Below, in pieces: positions 16,729-26,905 of a DNA stretch of 64,000 nt (the first letter of the stretch is position 1; every line of letters begins with the position of its first letter). The position numbers and the translations under genes are program-made. Source of the stretch: Candidatus Dojkabacteria bacterium (GTDB lineage: Bacteria > Patescibacteriota > Dojkabacteria > SC72). The notes under the pieces are model-generated. The model worked only from the letters and a program-made list of their open reading frames with translations. It made no database searches and had not been told where the DNA came from. Location: positions 360,340 through 424,339 of the forward strand of contig JAGPFQ010000001.1 in the NCBI GenBank assembly GCA_018056375.1. The letters are read 5' to 3'.

Positions 16729-17244
16729 TATTTCACCATCTTCAAATCCAAAATCCTCAGCTGTTACATTCTCTTCTTCTGCATCCAACTGTTCCAAAGC
16801 TTTAGCTAAATCATCATCCAAAGAAGCATCTTCTACATGTTGAGTAGAATCTCCTCCTTCATCGGGGAAAATAACATCAAGGGATGCATCTTCTGTACTA
16901 TCAAAGGGATCTATACCATCATCAAGAGTATCATCATCAACACCAAGAAGAATGATGTTTGGCTCCTCCTTATCCATCTCAAGATCTTCATCTTCCTCTG
17001 TCATGGATACACTCTCACCATCCTCACCTTTTTTCTTTCTCTTTTCTAACCTCTCAAGAAATCTATCTGCTTCTTCACCAAATTTCTCAACTACATCAAT
17101 CACTCTCATTGGTTCATTACATTTAGGACAAAGCTTGATACTATCCATCTCATGACTACAGTGAGGACATGATAGATATACAACATGAACACTTCTTCGT
17201 ACAGGAATTAATTCATCTTTTTTTGTTTTCTTAGGTGTTGCCAT
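16717..17244 (-). CDS. Zinc-ribbon protein with an extremely acidic C-terminal tail (~110 aa D/E-rich)
   Basis: N-terminal CPHC...CPKC; then EDGESVSMTEEDEDLEMDKEE...DDDTLDDGIDPFDSTEDASLD...DDDLAKALEQLDAEEENVTAEDFGFEDGEIPEL. Confidence 0.6.
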   Translation of the reverse strand: MATPKKTKKDELIPVRRSVHVVYLSCPHCSHEMDSIKLCPKCNEPMRVIDVVEKFGEEADRFLERLEKRKKKGEDGESVSMTEEDEDLEMDKEEPNIILLGVDDDTLDDGIDPFDSTEDASLDVIFPDEGGDSTQHVEDASLDDDLAKALEQLDAEEENVTAEDFGFEDGEIPEL

Positions 17245-17466
17245 ATTGTATATTTAGAATAGTATAGGGTGTATAGTGTGTCAAGAAACTCATAGTGTAA
17301 GTTTTTACTATTATTTTAAAGAAAAAACACTCTCTACCTTTCCCTTACTATTACAAGGATTTTTAGTAAAATGGATAATTTAAGGTAAATGGTTGAAAAC
17401 TATAGTTTGGGATTATTTGGAAATTTTTGTTTTTTTATATTGTAACTTGTTTAAGAACAGGGTATA

Positions 17467-18549
17467 TCAAAAATCAAAATCTAAATAAACATAATTACTC
17501 ATATCATAAGACAAATTCTTTTGAATCATCTTATTCGCTATCTTACAAGCTTTAGATATTCTTACTCCATTAACTAAAGGATCTATATACCTTACCTTAG
17601 AACCCTGATGAACATAATATACATTGCTTGGTTTTTCTTTTGATGTTTTTACCTTTTTGGCATTCTTCCACTTCTTAAAAACATCTGCATACTTCGATTT
17701 TTCAATAATATCTATAACTTCCTTTTCTGTTAGATTGTACAAATCTGATTCTGTAATAACTTTTTCTTCATGTAATTTCTTAACTATATCTGCTAAGAAT
17801 TGCATTGAATATCTTGTCCTATCATCACGATATATTATAGATAGCTTACTTGTTACCTTAACTAACTCTCTGGCTATCTTTTTAGTTTTAAAACCCAATT
17901 CTGGCTTCCCATGTTCATTAATCTGTATTTCAATATCATCATATATCTCCTTAATCTCGTCCTTCCCCAACAACTTGTAGGTAAACAAAGCATGTGATAA
18001 AGAATATTCCAGTCTATCAGCTGCTAACATTGGTGTTGAATTATCTGCTATTGGATATATCGTGTAATCATCTATCTCTGATAATTCTATATTATCTCTC
18101 CTCAACAAAGACATTACTTCTTCAGAAGTAGATATTATATCAGATGTTAATTCTTCTGTAGCTTCTTGTGTCATATGGTCACCTTTTAGGAAGTCTATTG
18201 TATGTTTAAATACTGGGGTTGCTACATCGTGGAATAATCCTGCTAATGTAATCTTTTTGTCATGAGTAAAATGCCAACAGATAAGAGCTACACCGATAGA
18301 GTGATCCAAACTTGAAAGACTAAAATCACTTTCAAACAGATCTGAGTATATTGTGCCACATGTAGTACTAATATGTTGTTGTTTTAGTAAAATGTCTGTA
18401 TTTATATATTCATTTAACCATTCTGGATATTCTGGTTCTAATATATCAAAATATTCCTTTACTTCTCTGTCTACATAGTCTATGTAATTAATTTCAGGTA
18501 TTATTACATCACTATTATCTATGTTCTCTATTACATTCTGTTCATCCAT
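17467..18549 (-). CDS. HD-domain phosphohydrolase family protein (360 aa)
   Basis: H...HD...D metal-binding arrangement: HSIGVALICWHF...LAGLFHDVATPVF. Confidence 0.65.
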   Translation of the reverse strand: MDEQNVIENIDNSDVIIPEINYIDYVDREVKEYFDILEPEYPEWLNEYINTDILLKQQHISTTCGTIYSDLFESDFSLSSLDHSIGVALICWHFTHDKKITLAGLFHDVATPVFKHTIDFLKGDHMTQEATEELTSDIISTSEEVMSLLRRDNIELSEIDDYTIYPIADNSTPMLAADRLEYSLSHALFTYKLLGKDEIKEIYDDIEIQINEHGKPELGFKTKKIARELVKVTSKLSIIYRDDRTRYSMQFLADIVKKLHEEKVITESDLYNLTEKEVIDIIEKSKYADVFKKWKNAKKVKTSKEKPSNVYYVHQGSKVRYIDPLVNGVRISKACKIANKMIQKNLSYDMSNYVYLDFDF

Positions 18550-18702
18550 AGAACTATATTCTCTAAAGTAATTGTGTGATTATAACATATAAAACAATTG
18601 ATTAAGTTTTCCTACAGGATTCGTCCAACTCGACACAAAAACAAAAATTTTTATGTTACAATTATTATTAGTGGTGTAAATAATTTTGTATAAGAAAAGC
18701 AT

Positions 18703-19404
18703 ATGAAAAACTCCAATAAAACTATTTGGGGAATAGCTTTAATTGCTATTGGTGTAATATGGGGACTTAAAGCCTCAGGAATACTTAATGTCAACCTATT
18801 CTTTAAAGGTTGGTGGACACTATTTATCATCATTCCTTGCTTGATAGGTTTGATAAAAGATGAAGACAAAATTGGTAATTTAATAGGCATAATAATTGGA
18901 TGTTCAATATTACTCCTAGTACAAGGGATTATCTCCTTCGAGAAAATTGGACATTTAATCTTCCCTGCTATTTTAGTCGGTTGTGGTCTAATTGTATTGT
19001 TTAAGAATACAATTGATGCTCCAACAACTAAGAAGATTAAAGAGATTAGCAAAGATAAAAAAGGTGAAGAATATTTCTCAACATTTAGTGGTCAAAAGAT
19101 TGTATTAGATGAAGAGATAAAAAACTTAGAATTAAGTGCTATCTTTGGAGCTATTGAATGTGACTTAAGAAATGCAATTATCAAAGAAGATGTTGTTGTA
19201 GAAACAACAGCAATATTTGGTGGTATAGAGATATATGTTCCAGATGATGTAGAAGTTAAAGTAGTACATACATCAATATTTGGTGGTTTAGATAACAAGA
19301 CAGGTAAGAAGAAAGAAGAAAGTAAAGAAAAGAAAGATAGTAAGAGTAAAAAGACAATATATATAAATTCAACTAATATCTTTGGAGGCACAGAAGTAAA
19401 ATGA
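18703..19404 (+). CDS. LiaF-like membrane protein (N-terminal TM helices plus C-terminal repeated xIFGG beta-repeat domain, DUF2154-like)
   Basis: Four hydrophobic helices, then repeats AIFGAIE / AIFGGIEIYV / SIFGGLD / NIFGGTEV. Confidence 0.5.
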   Translation: MKNSNKTIWGIALIAIGVIWGLKASGILNVNLFFKGWWTLFIIIPCLIGLIKDEDKIGNLIGIIIGCSILLLVQGIISFEKIGHLIFPAILVGCGLIVLFKNTIDAPTTKKIKEISKDKKGEEYFSTFSGQKIVLDEEIKNLELSAIFGAIECDLRNAIIKEDVVVETTAIFGGIEIYVPDDVEVKVVHTSIFGGLDNKTGKKKEESKEKKDSKSKKTIYINSTNIFGGTEVK

Positions 19405-20219
19405 AAAACTTTCAAAAAATTATAAAATACAGTGCTCTTGCATTTGCAATTGTTTTAATTATTGGAATATTTAGAGTTGCAGTAGGTGGTTTACTGTTTG
19501 TTGGTGGTTTCTTTTTTGATACAAATCCAAAAGCAGAAGCTTTAGTTGCAAGAGATATTAACTTTGACTTTGAGGATTATGATAATTTAGATATACATAC
19601 TAAGATAAGTAGATTAACTGTAAAAACAGGAGATAAGTTCTCTGTGGTTACTAATAACAAAGATTTAACTATTGAAACACAAAGAAAATCAATAGTTATT
19701 ACTGATAATCATAGAGAAAGTCTTTTCTACAGAAATAGAGATTTAGAATTAATTGTTACTTTACCTACCTATACAACATTAGATTCAGTTACAATAGATG
19801 GAGGAGCAGGAAGAGTATACATAGACGAGTTAAATTGTAGAAAAGCAAACATTGATCTGGGAGCAGGTGAAGTAGAGATAAACAAGATAAATGTTACTAA
19901 TGAAATTAAGCTATCTGGTGGTATAGGAGAATTAACTATTCATGATGGAAAACTTAATAATTTAGATGCTGATTTAGGTGTTGGAAGCTTTAAAGCAACA
20001 TTATCTTTAACAGGGAGAAACAAGATTGATGCTGGAGTTGGAGAAGTAAGTCTAAATCTATTAGATAGTTATAAAAACTATACTTTCAATGTTGATAAAG
20101 GTTTAGGTGATATTAAACTTGATAGGAATAGTATACAGTCAGGAGTATATGGAAATGGTATACATACTGTTGATATATCAGGAGGTGTAGGAGAGATAAC
20201 GATAAGTACAGAGGACTAA
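19401..20219 (+). CDS. DUF4097-type beta-helix repeat protein (LiaG-like putative adhesin), N-terminal TM anchor
   Basis: Repeats DGGAGRVYID / DLGAGEVEIN / LSGGIGELTI / DLGVGSFKATL / DAGVGEVSLN / ISGGVGEITI; 4-bp overlap with the upstream gene. Confidence 0.55.
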   Translation: MKNFQKIIKYSALAFAIVLIIGIFRVAVGGLLFVGGFFFDTNPKAEALVARDINFDFEDYDNLDIHTKISRLTVKTGDKFSVVTNNKDLTIETQRKSIVITDNHRESLFYRNRDLELIVTLPTYTTLDSVTIDGGAGRVYIDELNCRKANIDLGAGEVEINKINVTNEIKLSGGIGELTIHDGKLNNLDADLGVGSFKATLSLTGRNKIDAGVGEVSLNLLDSYKNYTFNVDKGLGDIKLDRNSIQSGVYGNGIHTVDISGGVGEITISTED

Positions 20220-20229
20220 ATTTATCTTA

Positions 20230-23139
20230 TTATCTTCCACAACACTTCTTGTACTTCTTTCCACTTCCACATGGACAAGGATCATTTCTTCCTACTTTGT
20301 TTCCTTTATGTACAGTCTTCTGTTTAGCTACCTTACCAGGCCTATTATCCTCACCACTACTTGTCTTCTGTTGTACCTGTGCTTCATTTGTTACTAACCT
20401 AACCTTAAAGAATCTTGTAATTACAAACTCATCTACCTTCTTCAACATCTGATCAAACAGATCAAAACCCTCATTCTTATACTCTACTAAAGGATCTTTT
20501 TGAGCCAAGTTTCTTAAAGAAATACCCTCTCTCAAATCTGTCATAGTATCTAGATGTTCCATCCAAAATTTGTCATATGATTGGAGGACTAAATATCTAG
20601 ACAAATTATCAGCTGCTTCATAACCAATAGAGTAAAGATGTAATACAAAAGCTGTTAGCACCATCCTCTTTATCTGTGCGCTCCTTTGTACATCAGATAA
20701 CTCATACATATCTCTAAACATATCAATACTATCCTTGTATCCAAGTGTCATTGATGTAGCTTCTACAAACTCGTCTGTCAGAAGATTATTTATCTCAATG
20801 AAGATTTTCCTTTCTTCAATATTATCTATCTCCATATCATCAGCTAGAGATGATGCTGTTAAGAAGTCTACATACTCTAATGCTTTCTTAAGTATCCATT
20901 TCTCTAAAGGAGAAAATGGAAATTTAAACTTCTTTAGCTCTTCAATCTCCCAACTATTCTCTCTGTTTAGAGCAAAGCCATCTAAACCATCCTGAACTCT
21001 TTCAATCTCTACCTCCTTACACATCTTAAGATCTTTCTTCATATCCTCTTCACTCAACTTCACTCCAGTTTGAGCTTTAGCTTCGAGTGTTTTCCTTCTG
21101 ATGGTATAGATAATTTCTCTTTGTTGATTAAGAACATCATCATACTCTACTAACCTCTTCCTAATATCATAGTTTGAGGCCTCAACCTTCTTCTGCGCAT
21201 TCTCAATTGTTTTACCGATTAAACCAACAGAGATCTCTACATCATCCTCAAGCCCTACCTGTTCCATAATTAATTTCATCCTGTCTCCACCAAAAATTCT
21301 CATGAGGTCATCTTCAAAAGAGACAAAGAACTTAGACTCACCAGGGTCTCCCTGTCTACCAGATCTACCTCTTAACTGATTATCAATTCTTCTAGATTCA
21401 TGTCTCTCTGAACCAATTACATACAAACCACCTACTTCTTTTACACCTTCACCCAATGCAATATCTGTACCTCTACCAGCCATATTAGTTGCAATGGTAA
21501 CTGCACCTAGTTGTCCTGCTTCAGACACAATCTTAGCCTCTAATTCATGTTGCTTTGCATTAAGAACATTATGCTTAATTCCTTCTTTCTTTAGCATATC
21601 TGAAAGAACTTCAGATTTCTCAACAGATGTAGTACCAACAAGTATTGGTTGTCCTTTCTTGTGATGTTCAATTATCTCCCCAATTATTGCTCTAAACTTC
21701 CCCTCCTGAGTTCTGTAAACAACATCATTGTAATCTTGTCTAACAACAGGTTTGTTGGTAGGAACAACAATGGTATCAAGATTGTATATTTGAGAAAACT
21801 CCTCTGCTTCTGTAATAGCTGTACCTGTCATACCAGAAAGGAATTTGTATAGTCTAAAGAAGTTCTGTAAGGTAATTGTAGCCATGGTTTTAGACTCCTT
21901 CTTTACCTCTACACCTTCCTTAGCCTCAATTGCCTGATGAAGACCTTCACTGTATCTTCTTCCCTCCATAGCTCGACCTGTAAATTCATCAACTATGAGA
22001 ACTTCGCCATTCCTAATCATATATTCATCATCTAAATGGTAGAGTTCTTTTGCCTTAAGTGCATTATCCAAATGATATGCCAACTGTGCATCCTCATACA
22101 CATTATCAACCTTCAAAGCCTTCTCTACAGCATCCATACCTTCTTGGTTTAGTGAAACGGCATGTGCTTTTTCATCAACACTATAATGAACATCTTTTTG
22201 AAGAGCATTTACCAAAGATGCAAACTGTTTGTACAAATCATTTGCAGTATCAGCACTTGTAGAGATGATTAGAGGAGTTCGTGCTTCATCAATTAAAATG
22301 GAGTCAGCCTCATCAACAATTACAAAATATCTAGGACCTTGTACTCTCTCCTCAAGACTTCTTGCCATATTGTCTCGAAGATAGTCAAAACCAAACTCAC
22401 TGTTAGTACCGTAAACAATATCACAAGCATATGTTTCTGCTTTGGTACACTCAACAAGATTAACCCCACTCATATGGTCATACTTAAGTCTACCTACTTC
22501 TTTCTCTTTCTGTTTCCTCTCCTTAATCAATTCTTTTGCTTCATCTCCCTTTATCTTAATTGCTTCCTCATCATCAACAAATCTGTACTGTTTACCAGAG
22601 TTAATTGCACCAACAGTAATACCTAAAGAGTTCATAATATGGCCAGTCCACTCAGCATCTCTTCGTGCAAGATAGTCATTTACTGTAACTAAATGAGCTC
22701 CTCTACCAGTAAGAGCATAGAGATACAAAGGTAGGTTTGCTGCTAATGTTTTACCCTCACCTGTGAACAGCTCTGCTACCTTGTTATCAAACAAGACATA
22801 GCCAGCCATAACTTGAACATCAAAATGTTTGTGATTAGCAACCCTACTAGATGCTTCTCTAGCAACAGCAAACGCTTCAGGAAGAATTTCATACAACTTC
22901 TCCTTCTCATCGTCCAACCTTTTATTCAATTCTTCATCAGAGAGAGTTGTAAAATCTGTCCTACATGTCTCTAAATCAACACCCAATTTCTTTCTAAATT
23001 GATTAGTCTTCTCTTTTAACTTTTCATCTGAGAGTTTAGAGATATCGTCTCCCAAAGAATTTATTTCATCAACAATAGGTTGAATCTTTGCCAATTGTTT
23101 CTCATTGGAGTCAAAAAGTTTTGTTAGAAATTTAAACAT
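20230..23139 (-). CDS. secA: Preprotein translocase ATPase SecA (start taken at MFKFLTKLF; the track ORF begins 10 codons upstream at 23169)
   Basis: N-terminal MFKFLTKLFDSNEKQLAKIQPIVDEIN; DEAD motor motifs (LYKFLSGMTGTA, VIVDEADSILIDEARTPLIIS); C-terminal zinc motif CPCGSGKKYKKCCG. Long (969-979 aa). Confidence 0.95.
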   Translation of the reverse strand: MFKFLTKLFDSNEKQLAKIQPIVDEINSLGDDISKLSDEKLKEKTNQFRKKLGVDLETCRTDFTTLSDEELNKRLDDEKEKLYEILPEAFAVAREASSRVANHKHFDVQVMAGYVLFDNKVAELFTGEGKTLAANLPLYLYALTGRGAHLVTVNDYLARRDAEWTGHIMNSLGITVGAINSGKQYRFVDDEEAIKIKGDEAKELIKERKQKEKEVGRLKYDHMSGVNLVECTKAETYACDIVYGTNSEFGFDYLRDNMARSLEERVQGPRYFVIVDEADSILIDEARTPLIISTSADTANDLYKQFASLVNALQKDVHYSVDEKAHAVSLNQEGMDAVEKALKVDNVYEDAQLAYHLDNALKAKELYHLDDEYMIRNGEVLIVDEFTGRAMEGRRYSEGLHQAIEAKEGVEVKKESKTMATITLQNFFRLYKFLSGMTGTAITEAEEFSQIYNLDTIVVPTNKPVVRQDYNDVVYRTQEGKFRAIIGEIIEHHKKGQPILVGTTSVEKSEVLSDMLKKEGIKHNVLNAKQHELEAKIVSEAGQLGAVTIATNMAGRGTDIALGEGVKEVGGLYVIGSERHESRRIDNQLRGRSGRQGDPGESKFFVSFEDDLMRIFGGDRMKLIMEQVGLEDDVEISVGLIGKTIENAQKKVEASNYDIRKRLVEYDDVLNQQREIIYTIRRKTLEAKAQTGVKLSEEDMKKDLKMCKEVEIERVQDGLDGFALNRENSWEIEELKKFKFPFSPLEKWILKKALEYVDFLTASSLADDMEIDNIEERKIFIEINNLLTDEFVEATSMTLGYKDSIDMFRDMYELSDVQRSAQIKRMVLTAFVLHLYSIGYEAADNLSRYLVLQSYDKFWMEHLDTMTDLREGISLRNLAQKDPLVEYKNEGFDLFDQMLKKVDEFVITRFFKVRLVTNEAQVQQKTSSGEDNRPGKVAKQKTVHKGNKVGRNDPCPCGSGKKYKKCCGR

Positions 23140-23281
23140 ATACTTACCTTTCTTTAATTCTAATATCAAAATTCACCCTTCATTATACCACCCTAGAACA
23201 TATTTTACAGAAAACAAAAGAAGTTAAATTTTTAATTTTACATTTAATCTAGAATTAATCTTTGTAGTGTAAGGTTTAAGT

Positions 23282-24376
23282 ATGAGAAAAATACTTACAA
23301 CATTAACTACAATATTAGCAACTATCCTAATGCCTCTTTTTGCACAAGAAGAACCAATGACAAATGTCCCAGGAATTAGAGAAGACCTCATATCAAAGAA
23401 TCAAGATATTGAAATTCTTACACCTAAATATGGACAGAGATTTGAATTAGGAGAAAATATACTTCTAACATGGAAAAACAAAAATCTTAAGAGGAAATAT
23501 TACTATGCTCCATACTTCTACTATGTCATTGGTGACTTTCAAATGAGTATGTCATTTAAAACTACAGAGGACATGCAATATACCATCCTTCCTTCTCAAA
23601 AAAGTGTGATTGTTCTTCAACTCTACTACTATGATCGTGATAAATATTACACACCAGAGAGGGAGGAATACACCTATGCTAGTGATATTTTAGTTCTTGG
23701 TATTGGTATGGATATTCCAGAATATTGGTTAAAAAGATTTCAAAAAGGAAACAACGAAAATCCAACACCCAAACAACCAACTGTGAAAGAGAAGCCTGAT
23801 TCTAAACCAATAGTTAAAACAACACCTACAATTAAATCACAGCCTCCTCAAAAACAAAAAGAGAAAGTTCTAGGAAAAAGTGTAAAACCATTCATATTTC
23901 CATTCTCAAAACCAGTAGGTGTATCCCAATGGCATGGATATACTGACTACCAAAAACCACACACCGGTATTGATTTTAGTGTAGCGAAACAAGAGACCCG
24001 TGCTGTAGGAGATGGTGTAGTTATAGCAAAAGGATATGATACATATTACGGTAAGTGCCATTCAGGAGGTAATTTTCTAACAGTAAAACATGATAACGGT
24101 ATGCATACAGTATATTTCCACCTTGACCAATCATATGTAGATGTAGGAAAGAAGGTAAAGAAAGGAGAGGTAATTGCAAAGACTGGAAATAGTGGGAGTT
24201 GGAACTGCCAACCTCTTGCCTATCACCTCCATTTTGAGACAAGAAAGAAAAGAAGTCAGAGTACACATGTAGACCCTGTGAAATATATTGAGCAAGATTG
24301 GAATCTCATACCAACTGCTAATTACAAAAAATACCCAGGAAGGTTGAGTGGTGATAATCCACACCCTGGGAGATAA
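23282..24376 (+). CDS. M23-family metallopeptidase (LytM/lysostaphin-like) with signal peptide
   Basis: HTGIDF (HxxxD) and YHLHFE (HxH) motifs in the C-terminal domain; N-terminal hydrophobic signal. Confidence 0.8.
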   Translation: MRKILTTLTTILATILMPLFAQEEPMTNVPGIREDLISKNQDIEILTPKYGQRFELGENILLTWKNKNLKRKYYYAPYFYYVIGDFQMSMSFKTTEDMQYTILPSQKSVIVLQLYYYDRDKYYTPEREEYTYASDILVLGIGMDIPEYWLKRFQKGNNENPTPKQPTVKEKPDSKPIVKTTPTIKSQPPQKQKEKVLGKSVKPFIFPFSKPVGVSQWHGYTDYQKPHTGIDFSVAKQETRAVGDGVVIAKGYDTYYGKCHSGGNFLTVKHDNGMHTVYFHLDQSYVDVGKKVKKGEVIAKTGNSGSWNCQPLAYHLHFETRKKRSQSTHVDPVKYIEQDWNLIPTANYKKYPGRLSGDNPHPGR

Positions 24377-24393
24377 TTTTAGTTAAGAAAGAT

Positions 24394-25335
24394 ATGCTAA
24401 AAGCATTGTTAATAGCACTCATCCTTTATACTCTCTTCCCTTGTACTATTATCAAACAAGGAGATTTTGAACTGATAGAAGGTATCTCTTCTCCTCATCA
24501 AGTAAGTTGGATATCTAATGAGGAGGTTTTGATTGTACAAGAGAAAGACATCTTTAAATACAATATTCTCTCCAAAGATTTAGAGAAGTTAGGAGAGAGA
24601 GAACCTAATTCTTTTGTAAGTGTAAATAGCAAGGGTGAGTTAATGTTTTGTGAATTTGAACATTTCATAATCCACTCACCTGAGGAGTTTTCAACAATCT
24701 TTAGAATTAAGGATATGGATAGGAATTTGATTAAGGAGATAAAGATATTTGAAACAATTAGACCGATATATATGGATGAGGAAGAGATTATTGCTGTTAC
24801 TGCTATGGATTTTTTAGAAGAGCATTTTTTCAAGATCAATATTGAAAGTGAAAAGAAAGAGGAGATAGATTCTCCTTACAGAAAATATTCTTTTGATATT
24901 CCTAAATATATTGATGTAAGAAGAGTGTTTGTGAGAAATGAGAACCTTTACATTATTGAGGATATGAATGGGAATCTAATTCTTTATAATAACTTAACGA
25001 GTACAAAGATAATAATTCCAATATTTACAGCTATCTTTAACCCTGTTCCTATTAAAAACCCTAAGAATGACACAAAACCTAATTTAATACTCTTCTTTAA
25101 GTCTTGCTTAGCAAAGATATATTCAAAGAGTGCTGCTCCTAAGAATGCCCCTATGAATACTCCCAAGATATTACCTACAATACCTCCTACTATTGAACCA
25201 ACGACTGAACCTATTGTTCCATATTTAGATCCTCCTGCTTTTTTAGTACCCAGTACTGCTGCTAATTCATCTGCAAAGGTTGAAAGGATCGATATAATTA
25301 AGAGAATAACTAATGTGAGTGGTGTAATGACTTGA
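24394..25335 (+). CDS. Hypothetical lipoprotein-like protein; the 3' ~350 nt overlap a convergent membrane-protein ORF, so the true C-terminus is uncertain (possible frameshift, pseudogene or genuine overlap)
   Basis: N-terminus MLKALLIALILYTLFPC (lipobox-like). The first ~200 aa look globular; the remainder is a Pro/Thr/Asn-rich antisense-like translation. Confidence 0.4.
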   Translation: MLKALLIALILYTLFPCTIIKQGDFELIEGISSPHQVSWISNEEVLIVQEKDIFKYNILSKDLEKLGEREPNSFVSVNSKGELMFCEFEHFIIHSPEEFSTIFRIKDMDRNLIKEIKIFETIRPIYMDEEEIIAVTAMDFLEEHFFKINIESEKKEEIDSPYRKYSFDIPKYIDVRRVFVRNENLYIIEDMNGNLILYNNLTSTKIIIPIFTAIFNPVPIKNPKNDTKPNLILFFKSCLAKIYSKSAAPKNAPMNTPKILPTIPPTIEPTTEPIVPYLDPPAFLVPSTAANSSAKVERIDIIKRITNVSGVMT

Positions 25336-25472
25336 AAACCCCCTATTGCACCTATTATCACTGTAGCTATATATACCAACCAGACACCCGGTAGGGAGAA
25401 GATTGTAGTTATTACACCTGCAACAGCTAGAACACCTGCTAAGATGTAGAGTAAGATTGTTCCAATACTCAC
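24984..25472 (-). CDS. DUF456-like small integral membrane protein
   Basis: Four hydrophobic helices with Gly-rich internal repeats (GSVVGSIVGGIVGNILGVFIGAFLGAAL); 162 aa. Confidence 0.55.
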   Translation of the reverse strand: MSIGTILLYILAGVLAVAGVITTIFSLPGVWLVYIATVIIGAIGGFQVITPLTLVILLIISILSTFADELAAVLGTKKAGGSKYGTIGSVVGSIVGGIVGNILGVFIGAFLGAALFEYIFAKQDLKKSIKLGFVSFLGFLIGTGLKIAVNIGIIIFVLVKLL

Positions 25473-26662
25473 ATTAACTTCTCAAAAATTTTAAAGGTTT
25501 CTGCTGCACATTTATCCCATGTAAATGTCAAAGACAAATCATATCCTTTCTGTATCATTGTTTGGTATTTCTCTCTGTTTTTGTAGATATCATATATCGT
25601 ACCCCCGACCTCTTCTTCATTTAATCCATCAACTAGCATTGAAACATCTTTAAAGATTTCTTCATATACAGGGTTTTTATGTAGTATGACTGGAGTTTTT
25701 GCTCTTAGTGCTTCTGCTACAGATATACCAAAACCTTCATAGAGGGAGAGATGAAGGAAACCTAAAGAGTTATTCAGTAAGGAGTATGCATATTTATCTT
25801 CATAGAAACCTGTAAATACAATTTTCTTCTCGATATTATTTGCTTCTATGTAATCATATAACTCTTTAACCTCTGGTTTAGTTGTGTCCTGAAACTTACC
25901 ACCTGCAATTACTAGATAAGGAGCATCCTCTATGTTTATACCATCATCTCTTACCTTGTCTAAAAATACTTTATATCCCTTTATCACCCCTATTGAATTC
26001 TTACTTCTGTTAATACCACCTCCTAAATAGATGAAATATTTTTTCTCCTTATAGTCATGAGGTAGTAATTTATCTAACGATATCTGTTTCTCTTCTATAT
26101 TAATCCCTAGGTATGTAAAATCTGTTTGTTCTACTGGATAATCAGGATAGAATTTAAGAAAATCTTTCCTTGTAGTATCGGAATTGCAAAGTATATATTT
26201 ACAATCCTTAGACTTATTTAATGTTATCCAATACTGTATCTTTCTAATGAAGTTGTGTATTGGTGATTGTTGAGAATACATATTAAAGAGGGGAAGATTC
26301 ATGTCATGAACAAAAAGTACTGTTGGCATAATATCAGAGGGAAAGTTTCTCCAGAAGTATGGGCAGAAGTATATACTATCCTCTCTCCTTATCTTCTTTA
26401 TAACAGGTAATACCTTTGTGTAATACCATATATCATTTTTGTAATCATTCACCCTATATTTTCCAATATCTACTAGCTGGGCATTTTTGTATTTTGATAT
26501 ATCCTTATCTAATGTTGATATCTTCTCTCTAAATCTTAGTATGCTGAATTGTACATTTGCATTGTTTCTAAGGAGTGCAAGAATTATATTCTTGGTATAC
26601 TGCCCAACACCCGCATATGAGAATTGGTCTTGGGTTGTAGTTGTATCTATTATGATATGCAT
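25469..26662 (-). CDS. Glycosyltransferase family 4/group 1
   Basis: C-terminal LSLYEGFGISVAEALRAKTPVIL (E-x7-E). Confidence 0.75.
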   Translation of the reverse strand: MHIIIDTTTTQDQFSYAGVGQYTKNIILALLRNNANVQFSILRFREKISTLDKDISKYKNAQLVDIGKYRVNDYKNDIWYYTKVLPVIKKIRREDSIYFCPYFWRNFPSDIMPTVLFVHDMNLPLFNMYSQQSPIHNFIRKIQYWITLNKSKDCKYILCNSDTTRKDFLKFYPDYPVEQTDFTYLGINIEEKQISLDKLLPHDYKEKKYFIYLGGGINRSKNSIGVIKGYKVFLDKVRDDGINIEDAPYLVIAGGKFQDTTKPEVKELYDYIEANNIEKKIVFTGFYEDKYAYSLLNNSLGFLHLSLYEGFGISVAEALRAKTPVILHKNPVYEEIFKDVSMLVDGLNEEEVGGTIYDIYKNREKYQTMIQKGYDLSLTFTWDKCAAETFKIFEKLM

Positions 26663-26905
26663 ATGATATATTACCTGTTTTTTTCTAAATAGTCATCTTT
26701 TTAGAAAAATTGTTTTTTACTTTGGATTTAATTCGGTCGAATTCGACGGGTTTAAAATTTAATATGGTTAATAAATAAATGTTTGCGGTAAAGATAGAGA
26801 ACGACTATAATGATAATAGTCAGAAGGGAGAGTGTAATCCTCAGCTTACAGGATTACAGGATTCTTAATAATATCTCCCCCTATTTATACTAAACACCTT
26901 CAAGT

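Noticed and set aside
20249-22675. Several 60-95-aa ORFs antisense within secA
   Set aside because: SecA assignment is unambiguous over its full length; antisense frames in AT-rich coding DNA often stay open.
26681-26717. Hairpin TTTCTAAA-N9-TTTAGAAA followed by a T-run as a plus-strand terminator
   Set aside because: No plus-strand gene ends upstream of it. It lies in the 5' leader of the minus-strand GT4 gene, where the flanking run is A-rich, so a terminator role is unlikely.
26737-26748. GTCGAATTCGAC palindrome as a restriction-modification target
   Set aside because: No methyltransferase/endonuclease pair is nearby. It is reported only as part of the unusual intergenic region upstream of the RhuM-family gene.
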